From an uncultured Gemmatimonadales bacterium (GTDB lineage Bacteria; Gemmatimonadota; Gemmatimonadetes; Longimicrobiales; RSA9): a stretch of DNA of 64,000 nt. The stretch covers positions 480,001 through 544,000 of the forward strand of contig CAWFKH010000003.1 in the NCBI GenBank assembly GCA_963816355.1, read 5' to 3'. The notes beneath the pieces are model-generated. The model saw nothing but the letters and a program-made list of their open reading frames with translations, had not been told where the DNA came from and made no database searches. A program made the position numbers and the translations under genes. Of this stretch, positions 27,690 through 37,488 are shown piece after piece; position 1 is the stretch's first letter; every line of letters begins with the position of its first letter.

Positions 27690-29042
27690 ATGCGCATACA
27701 CGACCATGCGACGTCGCCGCGCGCGACCGCGCGGTGCCTCACGCTCGCCGCACTCGCCGCGCTGTTCGCGCTGTTCGCAGCCGGCTCGGTCGCTCCCGCT
27801 GCGGCGCAGCAAGGACAACGCGAGACGCCGTCGCTCGAGCGACCTCTGCGCGTCTTCCTCGACTGCACCGACTTCCACTGTGAGCAGGACTTCTTCACGC
27901 AGGAGCTGCCGTGGGTGAACTTCGTGCGCGACCGTCAGGACGCGGACGTGCACGTCCTCGGCACGCGGCAGCGCACCGGTGCCGGCGGCAACGCCTACAC
28001 CCTCGAATTCATCGGCCGCGGCCCCTTCGAAGGTCGCAGGACTCAGCTCGCGGCGAGCACCTCGCCGGATGCCACGCCGGACGACGTGCGCCGCGAGATC
28101 GCGCGCGTCGTGAAGATCGGACTGGTCCAGTTCGCGGCCGGCACGCCGAGCTTCCGTCAGCTTTCCGTGGCGTACACGGAAGCGGAGAACGGCGGCCCCG
28201 CAGCGGCACGCGAGGACCCGTGGAACTCCTGGGTCTTCCGCGTCGGGCTCAACGGCAACCTGCAGGGCGAATCGAGCCAGCGCTCCTTCAATACGCGCGG
28301 CTCGCTCGACGCCAGCCGCACGACGGAGGCGCTGAAGATCGGGCTCAGCCTCGACGGCGCGTTCAACCGCGAGCGGTTCGAGGTGGACGACACCACCACC
28401 GTCGTCTCGCGCAGGGAACGTTACGGCGCCGACGCGCTGGTCGTGAAATCGGTCGGTCCCCACTGGTCGGCCGGGGGCATCGCGCGCTGGAGCCGTGACA
28501 ACTTCGCCAACATCTCGGCCCGCGTGAGCCTCGCGCCCGCTGTCGAGTACGACCTCTTCCCCTACGACGAATCGACGCGCCGGATCTTCGCGATCCTCTA
28601 CTACATCGGGCCGATCCGCTTCGTCTACGAGCAGCCGACGATCTTCGAGGAGACGCAGGAGACGGTGCTGCAGCACGGACTCGTCTTCCAGTACGAGGTG
28701 ACGCAGCCGTGGGGCTCGATCGATGCCTCCCTCTCCGGCTCGCACTACATCGCGAAGGCGGGCGCGGGACTTCCCTGGGCGGATCCGCAGTACAGGATCA
28801 GCCTGAACGGCGGCCTCGACGTCCGCCTCTTCAAAGGCCTCTCCGCGAACCTGGACGGGCAGGTCTCCTTCATCCGCGACCAGATCGGCCTGCCGGCGGG
28901 CGACCTCTCCGAGGCGGAGATCCTGACGCAGCAGCGCGAGCTCGCCACCAGCTACCGCTACTTCGCCTTCTTCGGCCTGAGCTATCGCTTCGGCTCGATC
29001 TTCAGCGCCGTCGTCAACCCGCGCTTCGGCTTCTTCGACTGA
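27690..29042 (+). CDS. putative outer-membrane beta-barrel protein of unknown function
   Basis: Signal peptide, amphipathic beta strands, aromatic C-terminus YRFGSIF...NPRFGFFD. Confidence 0.75.
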   Translation: MRIHDHATSPRATARCLTLAALAALFALFAAGSVAPAAAQQGQRETPSLERPLRVFLDCTDFHCEQDFFTQELPWVNFVRDRQDADVHVLGTRQRTGAGGNAYTLEFIGRGPFEGRRTQLAASTSPDATPDDVRREIARVVKIGLVQFAAGTPSFRQLSVAYTEAENGGPAAAREDPWNSWVFRVGLNGNLQGESSQRSFNTRGSLDASRTTEALKIGLSLDGAFNRERFEVDDTTTVVSRRERYGADALVVKSVGPHWSAGGIARWSRDNFANISARVSLAPAVEYDLFPYDESTRRIFAILYYIGPIRFVYEQPTIFEETQETVLQHGLVFQYEVTQPWGSIDASLSGSHYIAKAGAGLPWADPQYRISLNGGLDVRLFKGLSANLDGQVSFIRDQIGLPAGDLSEAEILTQQRELATSYRYFAFFGLSYRFGSIFSAVVNPRFGFFD

Positions 29043-29164
29043 GCGGCCCGGCGGCCCGGGTGCATGCGACGCGGCGCCCGCCCGGACGGCGTGGCGCCCG
29101 GCGCAGCGGGCATCTATCTTCCGCGGAAATCGCGGCGCGCGAGCACCATGCGGGAGATGGAGAG

Positions 29165-29398
29165 ATGGCGAGACGGTTCCTCGACGACGATCTGATGACG
29201 TGGGAGGCGTACGCGTCCAGCGGCGACTACGGCTTCGCGCGGCCCGGTCGCCTCATGCTGCACTGCCTCTCCGACCCCGCCGTTCGGGCCCGCTACCTGA
29301 AAGGGATCGGCGACAGGGCGGCGGTGGAGCGGGTCGTCGAGACCGCGTCTCTCGAGCAGTTCCGCGAGCTGTTGAAGAAGTCCGAGCCCCTGTCGTAG
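29165..29398 (+). CDS. small hypothetical protein (77 aa)
   Basis: GGAGAG RBS, GC3-biased codons, MARRFLDDDLMTWEAYASSG...; lies at the 3' end of track ORF 28709-29398. Confidence 0.7.
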   Translation: MARRFLDDDLMTWEAYASSGDYGFARPGRLMLHCLSDPAVRARYLKGIGDRAAVERVVETASLEQFRELLKKSEPLS

Positions 29399-29492
29399 AT
29401 CGCCGCCCGGCGCGGCGGACCGCGCCGCCTCCACGCGGGCGCCACGGGCCCTGCTGCGGGCGCCACCGGCCCTGCTGAGGGCGCCGCGACCC

Positions 29493-30569
29493 TCAGCGGA
29501 TCCGGCCGCCCCCGACCAGGACGTCGCCACGGTAGAGGGCGCCGGACTGACCGGGCGTTACCGCCCGCTGCGCGCGCGCGAAGCGCAGCGTTGCCGTCCC
29601 GGCCGAGATCGCCTCGACGCTCGCCGCGACGGCGCGGGCGCCGTGGCGGATCTGGACGAGGAGGCGCTCGCCGGGCTCCGGCCGCGGCGCGATCCAGTTG
29701 AGGTCGCCCAGCGTCACGCGGTCGCGCAGCAGCTCGGCGGCGCCGCCCACCACGACGCGGTTGTTCGCCGGCTCGACGCGCAGCACGTAGAGCGGCGTCC
29801 GCCGCCCGCCGCCGAGTCCGCGCCGCTGGCCCACGGTGTAGCGGGCGTAGCCGTGATGCCGCCCCACCACCTCGCCGTCGCGCGTCACGATCTCACCGGG
29901 GCGGAGCGCGGCGTGATCGCTTCCCAGGCGGCCGGCGAGGAAGTCGCCGTAGTCGTCGCTCGGCACGAAGCAGATCTCCTGCGACTCCGGCTTGTCGGCG
30001 GTGCGCAGCCCGAGATCGCGCGCCCGCTCGCGCACCTCCTCCTTGCGCAGCCGCCCGACCGGGAAGTGGAGCCCGTCGAGAACGGCGGCCGGGAGGCCCC
30101 ACAGGAAGTAGCTTTGATCCTTCGCCGGATCGGATCCGCGCCGCAGCCGCACGACCCCGGGCTCGACCTCCTCGCGGATCGCGTAGTGCCCGGTCGCGAC
30201 CGCGTCCGCGCCCAGCATGCGGCCCTTGCGCAGGAGGTCCGGGATCTTCGTCCTCGAGTTGCAGCGGACACACGGGTTCGGCGTTCGCCCGGCGACGTAT
30301 TCGGCGACGAAGTCGTCGACGACGTCGCGCGTGAACGCCTCCTCCATGTCGAAGACGTAGTGCGGAATCCCGAGCCGGTCGCACACCGCGCGCGCGTCCT
30401 GAATCCCCTCGAGCCCGCAGCAGGTGCGGGCGCGCGCGGGGGTCTCGGAGTAGCAGAAGGTCTTCATCGTCGCGCCGACGACGCGGTGGCCACGCTCGAC
30501 GAGCAGCGCCGCGGCGAGCGACGAGTCGACGCCGCCCGACATCGCCACCAGGATGGTGCGCCGCGTCAT
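29493..30569 (-). CDS. mnmA: tRNA 2-thiouridylase MnmA (CXXC type)
   Basis: AMSGGVDSS, TPNPCVRCN, ATGHY, KDQSYFL, ESQEICF, TVGQRRG, TPGQ. Confidence 0.96.
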   Translation of the reverse strand: MTRRTILVAMSGGVDSSLAAALLVERGHRVVGATMKTFCYSETPARARTCCGLEGIQDARAVCDRLGIPHYVFDMEEAFTRDVVDDFVAEYVAGRTPNPCVRCNSRTKIPDLLRKGRMLGADAVATGHYAIREEVEPGVVRLRRGSDPAKDQSYFLWGLPAAVLDGLHFPVGRLRKEEVRERARDLGLRTADKPESQEICFVPSDDYGDFLAGRLGSDHAALRPGEIVTRDGEVVGRHHGYARYTVGQRRGLGGGRRTPLYVLRVEPANNRVVVGGAAELLRDRVTLGDLNWIAPRPEPGERLLVQIRHGARAVAASVEAISAGTATLRFARAQRAVTPGQSGALYRGDVLVGGGRIR

Positions 30570-31723
30570 GCGCGTTCGGCGGCGGCGGCGCGGACACGCT
30601 CGACGACGCGCGGCACGCGCTCGAGCGCGGCGTCGACGTCTTCGTCCGTCGAGCACCACCCGAGGGAGAAGCGCAGCCACGCTTCGCCGGTTGGCGGCCG
30701 CCCGATCGCCAGGAGCACGTGGCTCGGGGCCGCGGCGCCGCTCTGACACGCGGAGCCGGAGGAGACCGCGACCTCCTCCAGGTCGAGCGCCACGAGGACG
30801 GCGTCCGGATCCACGTCCGGCAGCCCCATGTTGAGGACGTGCGGAAGCCGCTCCACGCCGCCGTTCACGACGAGCCCGGGGATCGCGGCGTGGAGACCCG
30901 CCTCGAGACGGTCGCGCAGCGCCCGCAGGCGCGCGGCTTCGCGGGTGAGCTCCGCGGCCGCGAGCTCCGCAGCCACGCCGAGACCGACGGCGCCCGCGAC
31001 GTTCTGCGTGCCTGGGCGCAGCCCGCCCTCCTGGCCGCCGCCGTGCACGAGCGGGCGCAGGGCCACGCCGTCGCGGACGAACAGCGCCCCTACGCCCTTC
31101 GGACCGCCGATCTTGTGCGCGCTGATCGAGAGCAGGTCGCAGCCGGCGTCGTTGACGCGGACCGGCACCTTGCCGAACGCCTGCACGGCGTCGCTGTGGA
31201 AAGCGACGCCGGCGCGACGACACCGCTCGCACGCCTCGCGCACCGGCTGCAGAGATCCGATCTCGTTGTTGCCCCACATCACGGAGACCACGGCGGGCGC
31301 GGCCGCGAGCGCCTCGTCGAGGGCGTCCAGGAGCAGCCGCCCCTCCTCGTCCACCGCGAGGATCGTCAGCGGAGCGCCTTCGTCCGCGGCCGCGTGCGCG
31401 GCGCCGAGAACGGCCTTGTGCTCGATCGCGGAGACGACGACGCCGCCCGCGCCGCCCGCCAACCGCTCCGCGCGGCTGCGGCCGAGGACGGCCAGGTTGT
31501 CCGCCTCCGTTCCGCCGCCGGTGAAGACGATCTCGCCGCGGCGGGCGCCTAGGGCGGCGGCGACCCGCTCGCGCGCCTCCTCGAGCGCGGCGCGGGCGGC
31601 GCGGCCGACGCCGTGCGTGCTCGACGGGTTGCCGTACGCGTCCGCGAGGTACGGCCGCATCGCCTCCGCCACCTCCGGGCGCACCGGCGTGGTCGCCGCC
31701 AGGTCGAAATTGGTCCGCCGCAT
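30566..31723 (-). CDS. iscS: cysteine desulfurase, group I (IscS/NifS-like)
   Basis: DLAATTP, GNPSS.H, DAVQ, SAHKIGGPKG, SSGSAC; GGAG before ATG 31723. Confidence 0.92.
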   Translation of the reverse strand: MRRTNFDLAATTPVRPEVAEAMRPYLADAYGNPSSTHGVGRAARAALEEARERVAAALGARRGEIVFTGGGTEADNLAVLGRSRAERLAGGAGGVVVSAIEHKAVLGAAHAAADEGAPLTILAVDEEGRLLLDALDEALAAAPAVVSVMWGNNEIGSLQPVREACERCRRAGVAFHSDAVQAFGKVPVRVNDAGCDLLSISAHKIGGPKGVGALFVRDGVALRPLVHGGGQEGGLRPGTQNVAGAVGLGVAAELAAAELTREAARLRALRDRLEAGLHAAIPGLVVNGGVERLPHVLNMGLPDVDPDAVLVALDLEEVAVSSGSACQSGAAAPSHVLLAIGRPPTGEAWLRFSLGWCSTDEDVDAALERVPRVVERVRAAAAERA

Positions 31724-31833
31724 CGCTCCTCCACTCCCGCCGTTCGGTCGCATGGGCGCAGCCGCGGGCGTGCCCCCTCGGGCGCCCACTACACGCGAGT
31801 CGGATCGAATGTGCCGCCTTCCTGCGTCGCCTT

Positions 31834-31861
31834 TTGACCCGTCGGCCGGCACGGTTACATT
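31834..31861 (+). promoter_or_regulatory. promoter TTGACC-16-TACATT
   Basis: -35 31834-31839, -10 31856-31861. Confidence 0.5.
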
Positions 31862-31914
31862 GCGGGGATCGGCGACGCCGTCGTCACCTCGGCCACCCCG
31901 CTCGAGATCCGTCG

Positions 31915-32241
31915 ATGCAGACGAGTCCTCCCATCACGCCTCCACCGAGCTTCCGCGCCACCGTCCACGGCACGATCTTCTGCGATCGTGCGCGCCAGGT
32001 CGACCGCCTGTGCCCGGGCGAGCGGCTGCTGCTCGTGCCCGACCCGCCGGGCGCCGACGAGCCGGAGATCTGGGTCCACCATCGCGAAGGGGACCTGATC
32101 GGGCACCTGCCGCCGGAGATCGGCGAATGGCTCGTGCCCTGGATGCGCTCCGGCGGAACCGCGGTCGCGCACGCCGTCCGTGTCGAGGGCGACGACGCCC
32201 CGAGCTGGCGCCGGCTGCTGATCGAGGTCGACTGCCGCTGA
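31915..32241 (+). CDS. stand-alone HIRAN-domain-like protein
   Basis: TVHGT.F...L.PGE.LLLVPDP...IWV....G..IGHLP. Confidence 0.7.
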   Translation: MQTSPPITPPPSFRATVHGTIFCDRARQVDRLCPGERLLLVPDPPGADEPEIWVHHREGDLIGHLPPEIGEWLVPWMRSGGTAVAHAVRVEGDDAPSWRRLLIEVDCR

Positions 32242-32252
32242 AGGCTCCGCGC

Positions 32253-32987
32253 CTACAGGCTGCGCGCTCCCATCGTCACGACATCCGCGATTTCGACCGT
32301 CTCCGCCGTCCAGAACGGCTCGCCGTAGGCGCGCCGGATCCACGAGCCGTAGTGCGCCGCGTGGGCGAGGATCTGTTCGCGCAGCGGACGCTCGCCGCCG
32401 CCGAAGATGTCGCCAGCCCAGGTGCGTCCCTCGAACTGCGACCGGAAGGCGAAGAGTGCCTCCAGCTTGCGCTCCATCTGATCGCTGATGTCGACGACGA
32501 ACGATGGCTTGCGGTGGGTCTCGTCGTAGGAGAGGCAGTAGAGGATTTTGTTCGGGCGGTGCGGCTCGCCCCCGACCGGGGCGCGTCGCAGGCCGGCGAC
32601 GAAACAGGCGCCGTAGCCGACCTCGCGGGCGGCGTGATGGTCCGGATGACGGCCGCCGGGGCCGTGAAGGATCACCGTTCGTGGCCGCAACGCGCGCACG
32701 TGCGCGGCGACCACGGCGCGCGCCTCGGGTGTGTCCGAGAGCGCGCCGTCGCTCAGCCCGGCTCCGATGCGCACCGCCAGGCCGAGGATGCGCGCGGATT
32801 CGGCGGCCTCCTCGGCGCGCGTGTCGGCGCTGCCCCACGTTCCCGCTTCGCCGCCGGTGAGGTCCAGGATGCCGGTGCGGTAGCCGGCGTCGGCGGCGCG
32901 CAGCAGGGTTCCACCGCAGAGCAGCTCCGCGTCGTCCGGATGCGCGGCGATCGCGAGGAGATCGACGGCGGCGTCGCCCGGCGTCAT
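32253..32987 (-). CDS. bshB1: PIG-L family deacetylase, bacillithiol BshB1-like
   Basis: AHPDDAEL..GG, DLT.GEAGT.G...R..EA, RHPDH, FVVDIS, YGEPF. Confidence 0.85.
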   Translation of the reverse strand: MTPGDAAVDLLAIAAHPDDAELLCGGTLLRAADAGYRTGILDLTGGEAGTWGSADTRAEEAAESARILGLAVRIGAGLSDGALSDTPEARAVVAAHVRALRPRTVILHGPGGRHPDHHAAREVGYGACFVAGLRRAPVGGEPHRPNKILYCLSYDETHRKPSFVVDISDQMERKLEALFAFRSQFEGRTWAGDIFGGGERPLREQILAHAAHYGSWIRRAYGEPFWTAETVEIADVVTMGARSL

Positions 32988-34222
32988 TCGAAGCGGAGCG
33001 CGACGACCGGATCGAGACGCGCGGCGCGCCACGCCGGCCACAGCCCGAAGAAGCCGCCCGCGACGATCGCCATCGAGAGCGCGGCGATCACGGCGCCGAC
33101 CGGCACGCGCGCCGGGATCGGCGTCGCGGCCGCGATGAGGAATGCCACGCCGCCGCCGAAGACCATGCCGATCGCGCTGCCGACGAGGGTGAGCGTGGCC
33201 GCCTCGACGAGGAACTGCCAGAGGATCTCGCGCTTCGTGGCGCCGAGCGCCTTGCGGATGCCGATCTCCCGCGTCCGCTCGGTCACGGCGATCATCATGA
33301 TCGCGACCACACCGACGCCGCCCACCATGAGCGCCACGGAGGAGAGCGCGATCATGATCAGGAAGAAGATGCCCGTGATGCGGTTGAAGGTGCGGAGCAG
33401 CTCCTCCTGGCGGACGAGGACGAAGTCGTTGTCCTGGCCGGGGCGCAGGCCGTGGCGGATGCGCATCGTGGCCACCACCTGGTCCATAGCGTCCTGCTGC
33501 GTCGCCTCCGGTCCCGTGACCACGAGCACGTTGAGGAAGTCGTCGTTCAGCCGCAGATACTTGAACGCCGCAGTGTAGGGCACGATCGCGATGTTCTTGA
33601 TCACGCTGCTGAAGATGTTCTCCTCGACCTGGAAGATGCCGATCACCTGGAACGACTGGCCGTCGATGCGGACCCTGCGGCCGAGTGGATTGAGGGTGCT
33701 GAAGAGCTGATCCGCCAGCGGCTTCGAGATGATGACCACCGGACGCGCCGCGTTCAGCTCGGTGCCAAGGAAGTCGCGGCCGGCGACGATCCGACCCTGG
33801 GTGAAGTCCGTCCAGCCGGAGCCGAGCGCCTTCATGTTCACGCCCGAGACGTGCTCCCGGCCCGCCGTCATCGTCGCGTTGAAGTCGCTGCTCACGATCG
33901 CCTGGTCGACGCGGTCCAGCTCCGCCACCGCGCGCGCGTCCGCCGGCGTGATCTTCGGGTTGTCGGCCCACGGCGGTCGGCCGCCGTCGTTGACGAGCTG
34001 CACGTTGTTGAAGTCGAAGCGCTCCAGCACGAAGTTCTTCGGACCCGCCGCCGCGACCGCCTCCGTGATCGTCGTCCGGATGCCGGAGATCATGGCGCTC
34101 ATCGCCATGACCGTCGCCACGCCGACGACGATGCCCAGGATCGTGAGCGCGGAGCGGAAGCGGTTCGCGTTCAACTGGTCCAGCGCCAGCCGGACTCCCT
34201 CCATCAGGCTCGCGGCGCGCAT
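32984..34222 (-). CDS. MacB/FtsX-type ABC permease
   Basis: RSALTILGIVVGV, VTERTREIGIRKALGA, PAWRAARLDPVVALRFE. Confidence 0.93.
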   Translation of the reverse strand: MRAASLMEGVRLALDQLNANRFRSALTILGIVVGVATVMAMSAMISGIRTTITEAVAAAGPKNFVLERFDFNNVQLVNDGGRPPWADNPKITPADARAVAELDRVDQAIVSSDFNATMTAGREHVSGVNMKALGSGWTDFTQGRIVAGRDFLGTELNAARPVVIISKPLADQLFSTLNPLGRRVRIDGQSFQVIGIFQVEENIFSSVIKNIAIVPYTAAFKYLRLNDDFLNVLVVTGPEATQQDAMDQVVATMRIRHGLRPGQDNDFVLVRQEELLRTFNRITGIFFLIMIALSSVALMVGGVGVVAIMMIAVTERTREIGIRKALGATKREILWQFLVEAATLTLVGSAIGMVFGGGVAFLIAAATPIPARVPVGAVIAALSMAIVAGGFFGLWPAWRAARLDPVVALRFE

Positions 34223-34225
34223 CGG

Positions 34226-35467
34226 CTACTCGTGGCGCAGCGCGACGACCGGATCCATCCGGCTCGCGCGGGACGCGGGGTAGAGGCCGGCGAGCACGCC
34301 GACCAGCGTGCCGACGGTCGCGGCGAGCACCATCCAGCGCGGCGCGATCGTCGCCGGCAGCGGCGACAGGCGCCGCACCAGCAGGGCGAGCAGCGAGCCG
34401 AGCCCGATTCCGACGGCGGCCCCGGCGAGCGAGAGCGTCGCCGACTCGATGACGATCTGGAAGAGGATGTCGCCGCGGCGCGCGCCGAGCGCCTTGCGCA
34501 GGCCGATCTCGCGCGTCCGCTCCGTGACGGACACGAGCATGATGTTCATCACCACCATCCCGCCGACGACCAGCGCGATCGCGACCAGGCCGGGGAAGGC
34601 GATGTAGAGGATGCGGCTGATCTTGGTCCAGAACGACATCGAGTCGTCGGCCGTCTCCAGCTCGAAGTCGTCACCCTGGTACGGGCGCAGCCGGTGACGC
34701 CGCCGCATGATCGCCTCCATCTCCATGCGCGCCGAGGTCATCGTGGCGGGATCGTCCGTGCGCACGAGGATCTCGTCCACCACGCCGTGCGGGTTGACGT
34801 GCCGGGCCATGGCGGAGCGGGACGGCGCGATGCCACGGTTGTCGAGCGACATCCCGAAGAGGGAGCCCTGCTCCTTCAGCACGCCGATCACGCGGAACCG
34901 ATCGCCGTCGATGCGGACGAAGCGGCCGAGCGGGTCGCGCGCGCCGAACAGCTTGTCCGCCGACTGGCTGCCCAGCACGACGACGGGCGCGCCGCGCTCG
35001 TCCTCGAGCTCGGTGAAGAGGCGCCCGCGTTCGACGTCGTACTCGCGGATGCGGAAGAAGTCGGCGGACGCGGCCGTCAGCCAGACGTTGTCGACCTCCG
35101 TGCCGTCGTCCGAGCGCACTTTCCCGGTCCCCATGCTCGAGACCGCGACGAGGGCCGGGACGCGCAGCTGCGCCGCGATGGCGCTGGCGTCCTCGAGCTC
35201 GAGGCGCGGCCGGCGCCGGCGAGCCCTCTGCTCCTCCTCCGTCGTGTTCGTCTGCACGGAGGGCGTGCGACGCACGGTGATCGTGTTGAGCCCGTAGACG
35301 AGCTTGGCGAAGTCCTCCTCCATGTAGCGGTTGAGGCCTTCGACCACGCTGACGACCGTCATCAGGAACATGGCGCCGATGAGCACGCCGATGACGGCGA
35401 AGAAGCTCTTCAGCTTCTGCGACCGGATCTGGTCGAGGGCGAGGCGAAGTCCGTCTACGCGGCGCAC
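34226..35467 (-). CDS. MacB/FtsX-type ABC permease
   Basis: VMNIMLVSVTERTREIGLRKALGA, PASRASRMDPVVALRHE. Confidence 0.93.
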   Translation of the reverse strand: MRRVDGLRLALDQIRSQKLKSFFAVIGVLIGAMFLMTVVSVVEGLNRYMEEDFAKLVYGLNTITVRRTPSVQTNTTEEEQRARRRRPRLELEDASAIAAQLRVPALVAVSSMGTGKVRSDDGTEVDNVWLTAASADFFRIREYDVERGRLFTELEDERGAPVVVLGSQSADKLFGARDPLGRFVRIDGDRFRVIGVLKEQGSLFGMSLDNRGIAPSRSAMARHVNPHGVVDEILVRTDDPATMTSARMEMEAIMRRRHRLRPYQGDDFELETADDSMSFWTKISRILYIAFPGLVAIALVVGGMVVMNIMLVSVTERTREIGLRKALGARRGDILFQIVIESATLSLAGAAVGIGLGSLLALLVRRLSPLPATIAPRWMVLAATVGTLVGVLAGLYPASRASRMDPVVALRHE

Positions 35468-35476
35468 GTGCCGTGC

Positions 35477-36178
35477 TCAGACCGCGACGGCGCGCGCGAC
35501 GTCGCTCTCGATGCGGCCGTCGCGCAGCGTCACCGAGCGGTGCGCGTGCTCCGCGATGTCGTGCTCGTGCGTGACGAGGATGATCGTCTGGCCGGTCCCG
35601 TGCAGCTCGTCGAAGAGCGCCATGATCTCGGAGCTGGTGACGCTGTCCAGATTCCCCGTCGGCTCGTCCGCGAGGAGGATCGCCGGCGCGTTGACGAGCG
35701 CGCGGGCCACGGCGACACGCTGGCGCTGGCCGCCCGAGAGCTCGGAGGGGCGGTGCGTCATGCGATCGGCGAGGCCGACCTGCTGGAGGAGGCGCTCGGC
35801 GCGCTCGCGACGCTCCTTCGCGCTGATCCCGGCATAGATCAGCGGCAGCTCCACGTTGTGCAGCGCGCTGGCGCGCGGCAGCAGGTTGAAGGTCTGGAAG
35901 ACGAAGCCGATCTCGCGGTTGCGGATGCGGGCGAGCTCGTCGTCGTCGAGCTTCGAGACCGCCGTTCCGTTCAGCCAGTATTCGCCGCCGCTCGGCGTGT
36001 CGAGGCAGCCGATCAGGTTCATCAGCGTCGACTTGCCGGAGCCGGAGGGCCCCATGATGGCCAGGTATTCGTTGCGATCCACCTGCAACTCGACGCCCCG
36101 CAGCGCGTGCACCGTCTCGGAGCCGAGAATGTAGTCCTTGCGCAGGTCCTCGGTACGGATCACGGACTGAGCGTTCAT
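35477..36178 (-). CDS. ABC transporter ATP-binding protein (MacB/LolD-like)
   Basis: [34 protein letters not shown]. Confidence 0.95.
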   Translation of the reverse strand: MNAQSVIRTEDLRKDYILGSETVHALRGVELQVDRNEYLAIMGPSGSGKSTLMNLIGCLDTPSGGEYWLNGTAVSKLDDDELARIRNREIGFVFQTFNLLPRASALHNVELPLIYAGISAKERRERAERLLQQVGLADRMTHRPSELSGGQRQRVAVARALVNAPAILLADEPTGNLDSVTSSEIMALFDELHGTGQTIILVTHEHDIAEHAHRSVTLRDGRIESDVARAVAV

Positions 36179-37488
36179 CAACGACCTCCCTGGCGTGCAG
36201 TGTCCGGCTTGGCCGGCGTCGTGGTCATCAGGCGCACCGCCTTGCCCTCCTCCATCTCGCGGATCGCCTCGTACGGGCCCGCGATCACGGAGTCGCCCGG
36301 GGCGACGCCGTTCAGGACCTCGAAGTAATCCTGGCCGGCGATGCCGACGCTGACCGGGACGAAGTGCGCTTTGCCCTCCCGGTAGAGGAAGACGCCCTCC
36401 TGGTCGGTATCGTTGAGCCGGGCGCGGTCCTGCGCCTGCCGCGCCTGCGGCTCCTCGAGCGGGATCTTCTGCTCCGGCTTCGCCTCGCGGACGGTGAGCG
36501 CGATGATCGGTACGGAGATCGCGCCGCCGCGCTTCGCCGTCACGATCTCCGCCGTCGCGGAGAGGTCCGGCCGCAGCGTGGGCGGTGGGTCGTCCAGCGT
36601 GATCACCACCTCGAAGTCGATCGCCTGGCTGCTCGTCCCGCCGGACAGCGACTTGGCGGCGTCCTCCGGCGAGCGGATCGCACTGTGGCCGATCTCCGTC
36701 ACGCGGCCGGTGAACTTCTGGCGCGGGAAGGCGTCGATGTCGACGGTCGCGCTGTCGCCCAGTTGGATCTGGGGCACGTCCGTCTCGTCCACCTGCACGA
36801 CGGCCTCCATCGTCGCCATGTCGCTGATCGTCAGCAGCAGGCTGCCCGGATTGTTCATCGTTCCGACGATCGCCATCTCGCCCTGCTCGATGTTGAGGCG
36901 GGTGACGACGCCGCTGAGCGGCGCGCGGATGACGGTCTTGGCGAGGTTGTTCTGCGCCTCGTCGAGCGCGGCGCGTGCCTGCGCGACGCGGAAGCGCGCG
37001 GCCTGCAGAAGTGCCATCTGCGATTTCGCCTGGGCGTCCGCGTCGTCCAGCTCGCGCTGGCTGACCAGCGTCTTGTCGGACTTCGCGATGTTCTGCAGAC
37101 GATCGAGCGCTCGCTGCGCCTGGATCTGGTTCGCGAGCGCCTGCGCCGCCGACGCCCCCGCTTCGCTGACCGCCGCCCTCGCCCGCTCGACCGCGGCCTG
37201 GTACTGGGTGGGGTCGATGCGGAGAAGGAGCTGACCATCGTCCACGTGGTCGCCCTCCTTCACGTTCATCTCGACCACGCGTCCCATGATGTCGGACTGC
37301 ACGTCGACCGCGCTGTGCGGCCGCACCCAGCCGCTCGACGTGACCGTCGCGACGAGGTCGCGCCGCTGCACCGGATCGACGCGAACCGCCACGCCGCCGT
37401 TGTTGCCGCGCGCGCCGAGCACCACGATCGTTCCGACGACGACGATCACGCCGCCTGCGGTCAAACTCCACTTCGTGCGTCGCTTCAT
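36178..37488 (-). CDS. efflux periplasmic adaptor (MacA-like)
   Basis: TM anchor, lipoyl halves ([19 protein letters not shown]), alpha hairpin. Confidence 0.92.
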   Translation of the reverse strand: MKRRTKWSLTAGGVIVVVGTIVVLGARGNNGGVAVRVDPVQRRDLVATVTSSGWVRPHSAVDVQSDIMGRVVEMNVKEGDHVDDGQLLLRIDPTQYQAAVERARAAVSEAGASAAQALANQIQAQRALDRLQNIAKSDKTLVSQRELDDADAQAKSQMALLQAARFRVAQARAALDEAQNNLAKTVIRAPLSGVVTRLNIEQGEMAIVGTMNNPGSLLLTISDMATMEAVVQVDETDVPQIQLGDSATVDIDAFPRQKFTGRVTEIGHSAIRSPEDAAKSLSGGTSSQAIDFEVVITLDDPPPTLRPDLSATAEIVTAKRGGAISVPIIALTVREAKPEQKIPLEEPQARQAQDRARLNDTDQEGVFLYREGKAHFVPVSVGIAGQDYFEVLNGVAPGDSVIAGPYEAIREMEEGKAVRLMTTTPAKPDTARQGGR

